Shown: one piece after another, positions 15,196 to 27,700 of the stretch
Position numbering within the stretch: the stretch's first letter is position 1
Layout of the letters: each line of letters starts with the position of its first letter
The notes under the pieces: model-generated
The model's input: only the letters and a program-made list of their open reading frames with translations
Database searches by the model: none
What the model was told of the DNA's origin: nothing
From: the human T2T-CHM13v2.0 reference genome, Homo sapiens
DNA: 64,000 nt
Reading direction: 5' to 3'
NCBI GenBank assembly: GCA_009914755.4
Contig: CP086569.2
Location: forward strand, 5,280,001-5,344,000
Program-made: the position numbers and the translations under genes

Positions 15196-18100
15196 CAACC
15201 ACGATCAAAATACTGAACATATTTATTATTCCTAGAATTTTTTTCATTTTCCCAGTACCTACTGCATTGACTACCATTTTAGATTTTATCAGTTAATTGG
15301 TAAATATGTATTGACTGAAATAACTTTCTTTGGCAATATAATTCTGTAGTATATATAAAGTAGGGGTTCATTGTCTATGATATAGATGAGATTGGTTTTA
15401 ATGCTTGAAAACATGCAATTTATATGAGAATCTTTAAAAATTAGGAAGTATAAGAGACAAAATATCAATTTCTTTCTCCTACATTTAAGAACAGGTAGTC
15501 TCTTCAAAATCCCAGAAGTTGAGCCTTAGCTGAGGTTTAGTGTTTTCTAAACAGGCTTAAAATGGAAGTTGTTTAATTATATAATAATTATGCAAGGAAA
15601 AATGTGGTGATGAAGATTAAACAACTCTTTTATATAGGCCATCTAGGAATTAATCATTGGAGGAAAAGTAACTCTTAGGTTTTAGAGCATCAATTAGTAA
15701 ACTACAGGTGTATCATTCCTAGCAGCTAGTAAATAGGTGAAGGTGGTTGCACAAGCCTTTTTTCAGAGATGTATATTCTTTGACTTTGGGACTACTATTA
15801 AATATGCCCACACAGAAAGCATTCCATGAGGACGACAATGGATTATGGAATATGGCAAAACCAAAATTATGTTAATGTAGAAACCAAAGTAATTCCACCT
15901 TTCTGGGGACAAGCCCAGATATGTAAACATACTGCTTATCTAGCTACATTTATCTTTCACTATGAGTCCCTAAAATGTTATACCGCAGGTATGTTAAGTA
16001 ACTAACTTCTAAGAATGCACTATAAACTCTTCTTACATGCCTTTGCAGTACCCTCACCTAGAATGCTTTTCCACCCATTCCCATATCCCTTTGCCTAGTT
16101 AGTTCTCAGTCATTAGCTCTAATTTTGAAGTTGACTCCTCTAAGAAGACATATTTGGCCAAATTACTTGAGACTCTTACCTTTGTGTTCCATAGCACTCT
16201 GAGATATTTGTGTTAAAGAAAAGCAGATTTGGGCAATAGTTAAAGTGGTAAAGCAGATTTTATTCAGGAACTATTGTAGATGGAGAAAAGAGGCTTCAGT
16301 ATGGCACTTGAGCTCAGTTTCAAATACAGCAAGGGCAAGTGGAGATTTATAGCCAAGGAGGAAGTTGTTGGGTGAAGCTTGGTGGATGGAAAAATTACTA
16401 AGTGTAGGGGAAATTCTGCCTAAATTGACCTAACAGTATTCTTGTGGAATCTTTCAGGTCAGGTGATATGGAAGGTAAGAGATTCTGACTAAAACTGGGC
16501 TAAGCAGTTCTTAAGACAAGGCTGAAGAACAAGGCCTAATCAAGAAAGGTCTTAAAGGAGCCTGACCAAAGTTTGGTCAATGAGAGACTCTTTGTTTCTA
16601 TCATAACATTCATCACACTGTACTGAAATAACTTTGTAAGAATTTTTTTTTTACATATACCCCACTAGACTGGAAGCTTCAGGAGGGTAGATTATTCTTT
16701 ATTCAATATTGTATTCCTCACAAATAGCAACATGCTTGGCACATGCAATCAATGTTTGTTGAATTGAAATTAACTTTTAAAGTACAGAGTATAAGATAAA
16801 TGTAAGTGACTATTTTTAAAATATATAGCTTTAGTGGTTGATATTCATTAGGAATTAGATACCAGCATTCTACAATCAAATGATAAATCCTTTGAAGTAT
16901 AAACTTCTGATTGATGTGTTTATATATATTTAGTAATTATGAAAATGGAAACTAGTTATTTTCTGATCTATCACTGAAACTTTTCTTAATAGTATGGCTT
17001 TGTTTCAAATAACCATTACAATAGAGAATGATCTTGTTTACATTAGAAACAAGGCTAATATAGGACTAAACAGCTGTCTTAAATTATTTGTAATCAAAAT
17101 TTTGTCTGATATGCTGTCGTAAATGTTGCTATGCCCTTATTTGTTTCATGCAGATATTGATCATTTAAGAATAATATCTGCATGATGACAAAATGCCTGC
17201 TTAATTTGTTAAGTGAGAGAAAAGTCAAACTTTTTGATGAACAGTTTATTAACTTTTTGCAATTATTTATTTATTGTTTTGTTATTTGGTAAAGACACAC
17301 TCTCTGTTGGCTTAAACTGTAAACTATAGCAAGGATTTGCATACACTTTAATGGGAATTCTATAATTTGACCGTTATTTCAGATATCCACAATTAATCAT
17401 ACCCTGTGACTTTTCCTTTTCTCTCTTTTAAAGTGATTTTATGAATGTATGCTCCTTAAAAGAGGTAGTTTTGCTTGTCTTTAGTTGAGTAACATTAGTC
17501 CAGCAACAAAATTAGCAAAAGTATAATGGTAACTTGCAAAGTTTCTATAACAACGATGCTATCCTATTGGGACCACATGGTATCACATATGTTATGCCAG
17601 ATTACTCACTCTTAACAGACACCTGTGGTTCATTAACAAAATGTGCTGGAGTATCCCTAATTATACAAACAATTGATAGTTTAAAATAATTTTGCTACAT
17701 TTTTATAATAGGGGCTTCTTTTCCTTAAATATTCTGCTGCCCAGTTTCTTAAAACTAAAAAAAAATCATGACAAAAGAATGAAACTTTAAGTCAGGTTAT
17801 TATATTGGCCATATAGTTAATTTTACTATATATTAGTAACTAACATATAGCTTTAAGTTGACTTAACCTACCTTTAAATCAATACAATAATGTAGCAATT
17901 ATGAGGCTGTTGCAAACTATAAATGTATTGCATACTTCTACAATATGTAGCACTTAAAACTCATAAAATGTTTAAAAGCAAAGATCACACTCATACATAA
18001 AATACAACTCCACAATAAGAAATAAAAAATATAACATGAAGTAGTGATTGTAAAATACCCAATGAAAGATAAATCCCTTAACTTGAATAGCAGCCTATTT

Positions 18101-18733
18101 GTTGTTTCATTCATATTGTCATCAACAGTATATTATAATATTATAATATTATAATATCTATTATAACAAAACTTGAAATATCTTGAGTATATTCTTAGAT
18201 AACTTGAGCGGCTGCAGATCAGCATAATATTTCCAGCTGATTATTTAAAAGCGTCCTAAAAAGAAATCCGCAGACAGTTTTATTTGTTTACCACCTTGAA
18301 AATTCTTCCTAAATCTATTAAATATCAACTAATATTCATTGTAGTTCTTTTCATATTAAAGTCAAAATCATTTCAATAAACTGAACAACTTTTTGAAAAT
18401 CAGAATATAGAAGTTCTGTGATGTTTGTCTCAGTAACTATGACCATTTACCTATAGGAAAAATTTACTCATCAATATGATATCTAAGTTAATTTAGATTT
18501 ATGTTTCTTTATGTAAATAAATATAAAATGATTGAATATCTGATTCTATATTAATATAATTTTTCACTTGTAGTAATTTTTGCCTAGATAAAGGTGGTGG
18601 ATTAAAAAAATAGGAAGACTAAAATAGATGGAAGTGCCTCTCCTCATCTGGAGTTTGAAAAAAAAAAAAACAAAAAAACAGTGGATAGTTACTACCATCA
18701 CCTTTAATAAAGGACTTTAGAAATACCTTCCTG

Positions 18734-19023
<290 letters not shown>

Positions 19024-19030
<7 letters not shown>

Positions 19031-19082
19031 AGAAAGAATGAATGAAAGAAAGAAAGAAGAAAGAAAGAAAGAAAGAGAGAGA
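19024..19082. repeat. (GAAA)n/(GAAAGAAT) microsatellite derived from the Alu A-tail
   Basis: aaagaaagaatgaatgaaagaaagaaagaagaaagaaagaaagaaagagagaga immediately 3' of the Alu. Confidence 0.85.
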
Positions 19083-19769
19083 CCTTTACCTCCAAAAGGA
19101 AGGCAAGAAGTAATTACAATTTTTCTCTGGCATTTCTAATGCTAGTTCTGGTCACTGTACTGTAAATATGTATTTTTTTTTTCAATTCCAAATCCAGCTC
19201 TTCACTATATTTGCTGTGTAACACACATTTCTAGTGCAGATATTGTATTTTATAGGGGCTTATACAACTTTTCTTAAAATTGATACTAAGCTAAGACATT
19301 CTTTGACACACAGAATAAAATCAGACTTCCATTGCAATCAAGATGTAAAATGTTTTAAAGTTATTGCATTCTACTTTTTTCATATGACTGTTAAAACAAT
19401 TTATCTTTTAAAAGATCATATTTCAGGGATCTGAATTCTATTGTAGATATCTCTACTTAACAGAGTTTAATTTGGTGAAAATATGACACGAAACTATAAA
19501 AATCAACTGATTTCTCCTACCTTTTTTACCCTTTCCACAACATCAATTTCTACACTTAATCTAGAAAGGTATAAAATATAATGGAGGAGTAAATATATTT
19601 CCAGTTGGTTTTCTTTTAGGAAACACAGCAAAACCCTTTGTTTAACATCAGGGATGATCTAAAAGGAAATCCTGTAAGTGTGAGAGGCAATGTCAGACAC
19701 TTGTAATAACATATAAGTCTGAGAGATGGAGGGAAGATTTAAGCAGAAAACTGAAGAGTATGCAAGATT

Positions 19770-22700
19770 AAGACATCCACTCAAAAGCACACAGCTATTT
19801 GCTCCTGAATGACTCTTGGGTAAATAATGAAATTAAGTCAGAAATCAATAAGTTTTTTTAAAGTAATGAGAACAAAGAGACAACATACCAGAATCTCTGG
19901 GATGCAGCTAAAGCAGTGTTAAGAGGGAAATTTATAGCACTAAATCTCAACATCAAAAATCTAGAAAGATCTCAAGTTAACAACCTATCATCTCAACTGA
20001 AATAACTAGAGAATCAAGAGCAAGCAATCCCCAAAGCTAACAGAAGACAATAATTAACCAAGATCAGAGCATAACTGAAGGAGACAGAGATGTGAAAAAC
20101 GCTTTTAAAAAAATCAACAAATCCAGGAGCTATTTTTTTGAAAAAAATAATAAAGTAGATAGACTACTATCTAGACTCATAAAGAAGAATAGAAAGAATA
20201 ATCAAATGAACACAATCAGAAATGATAAGGGGGATATCACCACTGATCCCACAGAAATAAAAACAACTACCAGAAAATATTGTAAATCCCTCTATACACA
20301 TAAACTAGAAAATCTAGAAGAAATGGATAAATTTGTGGACACATACACTCTCCCAAGACTGAAAGGAAGAAATTGAATCATTGACCAGACCAATAACATG
20401 TTCTAAAATTGAGGCAGTAATAAATAACCTACCTACTAAAAAATAAATCACAGGACCATACAGATTCACAGTGGAATTCTACCAGAAGTACAAAGAAGAG
20501 CTGGTTTCATTCCTACTAAAATTATTCTGAAAAACTGAAGAGGAGGGACTCCTCCCTAACTAATTCTCTGAGGCTAGCATTATCCTGATACCAAAACCTG
20601 GCAGAGATACAACAAAAGAAAGAATACTTTAGACCAATATCCTTGATGAACATCAATGCAGAAATCCTCAGTAAAATATTGGCAAACGAAAGCCAGCAGC
20701 ACATCAAAAAGCTTATCCACCATGATCATGCTGGCTTCATCCCTGGGATTCAAGGCTGGCTCAACATACACGAGTCAATAAATGTAATTCATCACATAAA
20801 CAGACAAAAACCACACGATCATTTCAATAAATGCAGAAAAGGCCTTCGATAAAATTCAACATCCTTTTATGTTTAAAACTCTAGATACATTAGGAATTGA
20901 AGGAACAGACCTCAAAATAATAAGAACCATATATGACAAACCCACAGCCAATATCATACTGAATGAGCAAAAGCTGGACACATTCCCCTTGAAAACTGGC
21001 ACAAGGCAAGGATGCCCTGTCACCACTTCTATTCAACATATTATTGGAAGTTCTGGCCAGGGCAATCAGGCAAGAGAAAGAGATAAAGAGTATTCAAATA
21101 GGGAGTGAGGAAGTCAAATTATCTTTGTTTGCAGATGACATCATCCTATATCTAGAAAACCCCATAGTCTCAGCCCAAAAGCTTCTTAAGCTGATAAGCA
21201 ACTTCAGCAAAGTCTCAAGATATAAAATCAATGTGCAAAAATCGCTAGCATCCTTATACACCAACAAAAGGCAAGCAGAGAGCAAAATCATGAATGAACT
21301 ATCATTCATAATTGCTACAAAAAGAATAAAATACTTAGAAATACAGCTAACAAAGGAAGTGAGGGAACACTTCAAGGACAACTACAAACCACCGCTCAAG
21401 GAAATCAGAGAAGACACAAACAAATGGAAAAACATTCCAGGCTCATGGATAGGAAGAATCAATATTGTAAAAATGGCCATACCGTTCAAAGTAATTTATA
21501 GATTCAATGCTATTCCCATTAAACTACCATTGACATTCTTCACGGAATTAAAAAAAAAACTATTTTAAAATTCATATCGAACTAAAAATGAGCCCAAATA
21601 GCCAAGTTAATCCATAGCAAAAAGAACAAAGCAGGAGGCATCACACTACCTAACTTCAAACAGTGCTACAAGGCTGCATTAACCAAAACATCATGGTACA
21701 AGAACAGACACATAGACCAATGGAACAGAATAGAGAACTCAGAAATGAGACTGCACACATACAAGCATCAGATCTTTGACAAACCTGACAAAAACAAGCA
21801 ATGGAAAAAGGATTCCCTATTTAATTAATAATGCTGGGAGAACTGGCTAACCATATGCACAAAATTATAACTGGACTCCTTCCTTACAACATATATAAAA
21901 GTTAAGATGGATTAGAGACTTAAATGTAAATCCCACAACTATAAAAAGCCTAGAAGAAGATCTAGGCAATACCATTCAGGGCATAGCAGAGGCAAAAATG
22001 TCATGATAAATCATCAAAAGCAATTGCAACAAAAGCAATAATTGACAAATGAGATCTAATTAAAGAGCTTCTGCACAGCAAAAACAAACAAACAAACAAA
22101 CAAACAAACAAAAACTATCATCCGAGTGAACAGATAGCCTACAGAAAGGGAGAAAATTTCTTAATGTAGCCACCTGACAAAAGTCTAATATCTAGAATCT
22201 ACAAGGAACTTAAATTTACAAGAAAAAAAACAAACACCTTCATAAAAAAATTGGCCAAAGGACATGAACAGACACTTCTCAAAAGAAGACATACATGTGG
22301 CCAATAAACATATGAAAAAAAGTTCAACATTACTGATCATTAGAGATCCTCAAATCAAAACCACAATGATATACCATCTCATACCAGTCAGAATGGCTAT
22401 TACTAAAATGTCAAAAAACAACAGATGCTGGTGAGGTTGTGGAGAAAAAGGAACGCGTTTACACTGCCTGTGAGAGTATAAACTAGTTCAACCACTGTGG
22501 AAGTCAATGTGACAATTCCCAAAGACCTAGAGGCAGAAATACCATTTGACTCAGCAATCTCATGACTGGATATATACCTAAAGAAATATAAATCATTCTA
22601 TTATAAAGTTACATGCATGCATATGTTCATTGAAGCACTATTTACAATAGCAAAGTCATAGAATCAACCTAAACGCCCATCAATGATAAACTAGATAAAG

Positions 22701-23090
22701 AAAATGTGGTACATATACCTCATTGCATACCATGCAGCCATAAAAAGGAACAGGATCTTGTGCTTTGCAGAGACATAGATGGAGTTGGAAGCCATTATCC
22801 TCAGCAAACTAACGCAGGAGTAGAAAACCAAACACAGCATGTTCTCACTTATAAGTGGGAGCTGAACAATGAGAACACGTGGACACATGGTGGGTAACAA
22901 CACACACTGGGCACCTGTAGGGTTGGGGAAGAGCATCAGGAAGAACAGCTAATGGATGCCGGGCTTAATACCTGGGTGATGGGATAATCTGCGCAGTAAA
23001 CCACGATGGCACATGTTTATTTATGTAACAATCCTGCACATGTACCCCTAAACTTAAAATAAAAGTCAAATTAAAAATAAGAAAATTGAA
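19770..23090 (+). mobile_element. 5'-truncated older LINE-1 (L1PA-old/L1PB-like), ORF2 middle through 3'UTR, plus orientation; multiple stops and frameshifts
   Basis: Track ORFs 20092..20376 ([65 protein letters not shown]), 20643..20852 and 21044..21568 (..[40 protein letters not shown]) are collinear ORF2p fragments; the 3' end reads ...CTGCACATGTACCCCTAAACTTAAAATAAAAG. Confidence 0.9.
22079..22114. repeat. (CAAA)n microsatellite inside the L1
   Basis: aaacaaacaaacaaacaaacaaacaaacaaa. Confidence 0.9.
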
Positions 23091-23309
23091 GAGTATGACC
23101 ATGAGGTGGGATGAGGGAGAGTTCTGGGCACCCAGGTTCAGAACAGCTTTTCCACAGTTTCAGAGCTAAACCTTCATGGTGTCTCTGAATGTCTTCATTT
23201 GAATCAAATGCTCCAAATCAGCAAACACCCAAGATCAAAAAAAAAAAAAAAAAAGACTTCTTAAAAATGCATTCCAGAGCACAATATCTGTCTTCATATT
23301 ATGAATATT

Positions 23310-26300
23310 TTTAAAAACTTTTATTTTGAGTTCAGGGATGTATGTACAGATTTGTTATATAGATAAATTTTGTGTTGCAGGAGTATGGTGTACAGATTAT
23401 TTCATGACTCACATAGTAAGCATAGTACCTGATAGTTTTTCGATCCTCACTCTTCTCTCACTCTCCTCCCTTAAGTAGGTCCTGGTGTCTATTGTTCCCT
23501 TCTTTGTGTCCATGCATCCTTAATATTTAGCTCTTACTTGTAAGTGAGAACATGTGGTATTTGGTTTCCTGTTCCTGCATTAGTTCACTTAGGATAATGA
23601 CCTCTAGCTCCATTCATACTGCTGCAAAGGTCACAATCTCACTTGTTGTTATGGCTACATAGTATTGGATCATGTATATGTACCACATTTTCCTTATCCA
23701 GTCAACCATATATGTACCACATTTTCTTTATCCAGTCAACCATGGATGAACATTTAGGTTGATTCCATGTCTTGGTTATTGTAAATAGTGCTGTGATGAA
23801 AATATGTTTGCATATGTTTTTCTGGTAGGAGGATTTATATTCCTTTGTGTATATACCCAGTAATGGGATTGCTGGGTCAAATGGCAGTTTTCCTTTAAGT
23901 TCTTTGGGAAATCACCAAACTGCTTTTCACAGTGGCTGAATGAATTTACACTGCCATGAGCAGTGTATATGCATTCTCTTTTCTCTGCAGCCTTTCAAGC
24001 ATCTGTTATTTTATGGTTTTTAATAATAGCCTTTTTCACTAATTGTGGTTTTGATTTGCAGTTCTCTAATGATTAGTAATGTTGAGCAATTTTTCATATG
24101 CTTGTTGGCCAAGTGTATGACTTATTTTGAAAAGTATCTGTTCATGTCCTTTGGCCACTTTTGAATGGGGAATGCTTTCAGCTTTTGCTCAATTAGTATG
24201 TTGTTTTTTTGTTTGTTAATTTGTTTAAGTTCCTTATACATTCTGGATATTAGGCCTTTGTTGGATGTATCATTTGAATAAATTTTCTCCCATTCTGCAT
24301 GTTGTCTGTTTATTCTGCTGATAGTTGTTTTTTTTCTTTTTTCTTTTTTCTTTTTTTTTGTTTTTGTTTTTTTGCTGTGCAGATGCACTTTAGTTTAATT
24401 AAGTCACACTTGTCTTTTTTTTTTTTTTTTTTGGCAATTGCTTTCGGTGTCTTCATCATTAAATTTTTGCCAAGGCCTACGTCCTGAGTGGCATTTCTTA
24501 GGTTATCTTCCAGAGCTTTTGTAGTTTTAGGTTTTACATTTAAGCATTTAACGCAACTTGGGTTAATTTTTGTGTATGGTATAAGGAAGGGGTCCTGTTT
24601 CAATCTTCTGGATATGGCTATTCAATTATCTCAACACCTTCTATTGAATAGGGAGTCTTTCCTCATTGCTTGTTTTTGTCAACTTTGTTGAAGATCAGAT
24701 GGCTATAAGTGTGTGGCTTTATTTCTGGGCTCTTTATTCTTTTCCATTAGTCTCTGTGTCTGTTTTTGTATCAGTACTATGCTGTTTTGATTATTATATC
24801 CTTGTAGTGTAGTTTGAAGTTGGATAATGTGATGCCTCCAGCTTTATTATTTTTGCCTAGGATTGCTTTAGTCATTTAGACTCTTTTTTGATTCCACATA
24901 AGTTTTAGAGCAGTTTTTTGTTTTCTAATTCTGTGAAATATGTCATTAGTTGTTTGATTGGAATAGCATTGAATGTGTAAATTGCTTTGGGCACTATGGA
25001 ATGCTTTCTATGTGCTGTGTCATCTCTGATTTCATTCAGCAGTGTTTCTTAATTCTTGTTTTGGCGATCTTTCACCTCTGATTACCTGTATTCCTAGATA
25101 TTTCATTCTTTTTGTGGTTATTGTGAATGTTATTGCATTCTTGATGTGGCTCTCAGCTTAGATCTTGCTGGTATATAGAAATGCTACTTATTTTTGTACA
25201 CTGATTTTGTGTCCTGAAACTTTGCTGAAGATATTTACCAGATATGGGAACTTTTGGGCAGAGACTATGGGGCTTTCTAGGTATGGAATCATATGATCTG
25301 TGAACATAAATAGTTTGAATTAATGTTTGGATAAACATACATTCTTTTTTAACATTATCTTTTAAAAACATTATCCTCTTTTTTTATTTGGATACATTTT
25401 CTTTTCTTTTTTTTTTTTTTTTTTTTTTTTGCCTAATTGCTCTGGCTAGGACTTCCAGTACTGTGTTAAACGGGAGCAGTTAGAGTGAAGTTAGAGTGAG
25501 CATCCTTGTCTGGTTCTGGTTTTCAAGAGGAACACTTTTAGCTTTTGCTCAATTAGTATGATGTTGGCTGTGGGTTTGTCATAGATGGCTCTTATTATTT
25601 TTATGTAAGTTCCTTCAATGCCTAGTTTGTTGAGGATTTTTTAATATGAAGGGATGTTTAATTATATCAAGAGCCTTTTCTGCATCTATTCAGATGATCA
25701 TGTCATTTTTGATGTTCTGTTTATATGATGAATCATATTTTTTATTTCCATATGTTGAAACAACTTTGCACCACAGGAATAAAGCCTACTTGATTGTGGT
25801 AAATTAGTTTTTGATGTGCTAATGGATTCAGTTTGCTAGTTTTTTTTTTTTTTTTTTTTTTTGAGGATTTTTGTATCTAGGTTCATCAATTATACTTGCC
25901 TGAAATTTATTTTTTTGGTTGTGTTTCTGTCAGGCTTTGGTTCAGAATAATGCTAGTATCATTCTATAATTTTTTGGAATCATTTCAGAAGGAATGATAC
26001 AAGCTCTTCTCTATACGTATGTTATAATTCATCTGTGAATCCACCTGGTCCTGGGATTTTTCTGTTTGTTAGGCTTTTCATTACTGATTCAACTTTAGAA
26101 CTCCTTATTGGGCTTTTCATGTTGCAATTTATTCCTGGTTCAATCTTCAGAGGTTTTATGTTGCCAGGAATGTATCAATTTCGTCTAGATTTTCTATTTT
26201 CTGTGCATTCAGGTGTTCATAATAGTCTCTGAGGGTTTTTTGTATGTCTCTGTGTTGGTATTAAAGCCCCCTTTTTCATTTCTGACTGTGCTTATTTGTA

Positions 26301-26720
26301 TCTTCCCTCTTTTTTTCTTTGAGTCTAGCTAGTAATCCTTCACACTTATTTGTTCTTTCAAAAAACAAACTTCTGAATTCATTGATCTTTTGTATGTTTT
26401 CATGTGTCTCAAATTCATTCAGTTCATCTCTGATTTTTTAGTTATCTTTTGTCCTCTGCTAGCTTTGGGGTTGGTTTGCTCTTGTTTTTCTAGTTCTCTA
26501 GGCGTGATATTATGTTGCTAATTTGAGCTGTTTCTAACTTCTTGGTGTGGGTGTTTAGGGCTATAAAAGTTCCTTTTAACATTGCTTTAATAGCTGTGTC
26601 CCAGAGATTCTGGTATATTTTATCTTTGTTCTCATCAGTTTCAAAGTGCTTCATCTTCCGGTTTATCCTTGCTACTGTCCTCTGTTGGGCTAGATTGGTG
26701 AGAGCTGACTCTATTTTGAT
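23310..26720 (-). mobile_element. 5'-truncated older LINE-1 (L1PA-old/L1PB-like), minus orientation, 3' end at about 23310 and breaking off in the ORF2 N-terminal region at about 26720; internal poly-T tracts and a 35-bp tandem duplication at about 23676-23752
   Basis: The reverse complement of the L1 3'UTR and ORF2 C-terminus is visible (…GAGAACATGTGGTATTTGGTTTCCTGTTCCTGCATTAGTTCACTTAGGATAATGACCTCTAGCTCCATTCATA…; …GGCCAAGTGTATGACTTATTTTGAAAAGTATCTGTTCATGTCCTTTGGCCACTTTTGAATGGGG…; …CCAGAGATTCTGGTATATTTTATCTTTGTTCTCATCAGTTTCAAAG…), collinear with the antisense of the L1HS copy at 6400-9400. Confidence 0.85.
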
Positions 26721-26965
26721 TTTTTTTAAATAAGATGCAATATTTGGAAACTGACATTATATTCATTTATAATCAAAATATGCAGGACAAAGTTCAGCTA
26801 AATCATCTGGTTTTACGTTTGGATACTAAATATGTGATTGATACTGAAAGAAAAACTTATGTGGGAACTATTGTTTGATGCTGGCCTTGAAATGAACAGG
26901 AACAGGAAGCACTGCTTTGAGCTAGCATGCTCCTAAGAGAATGGGAATTCAAAGGAAACTAATAG

Positions 26966-27315
<350 letters not shown>

Positions 27316-27410
27316 TAATTAAATTTTATCATTTATATGCATGAATAGAAAAAAGCATAGTATATATAGTGTTCAGTACTTTCTGCAGTTAAGATAGTAA
27401 CTCTACTTTG

Positions 27411-27700
27411 TTTTTTTTTGGTTTTTTTTTTTTTTGAGACAGAATTTTGCTCTTGTAGCCCAGACTGGAAGGCAGTGGCATGATCTAGGCTCACTGCAAC
27501 CTCTGCCTCCTGGGTTCAAGTGATTCTTTGCCTCAGTCTCCCAAGTGGCTGAGATTACAGGCACATGCCTCCACACCCAGATAGCTTTTGTATTTTTAGT
27601 AGAGACGGGGTTTCACCATGTTGGCCAGGATGGTCTCGTGATCCACCCTCCTCGGCCTCCCAAAGTGCTGAATTACAGGCGTGAGCCACTGTGCCTGGCC
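27411..27700 (-). mobile_element. Full-length Alu (older, diverged), minus orientation, about 100 bp downstream of the previous Alu in the same orientation
   Basis: Poly-T then GAGACAGAATTTTGCTCTTGTAGCCCAGACTGGAAGGCAGTGGCATGATCTAGGCTCACTGCAACCTCTGCC...TACAGGCGTGAGCCACTGTGCCTGGCC. Confidence 0.95.

Noticed and set aside
14927-15296. Track ORFs 14927..15163 and 14997..15296
   Set aside because: They lie inside the MaLR/THE1 solo LTR; LTRs carry no protein-coding capacity.
19770-26720. Twin-priming 5' inversion of a single L1
   Set aside because: The two L1 segments face each other with their 3' ends (tail to tail), and each has its own 3' terminus. Twin priming gives an inverted 5' portion adjacent to a single 3' end, so these are two independent insertions.
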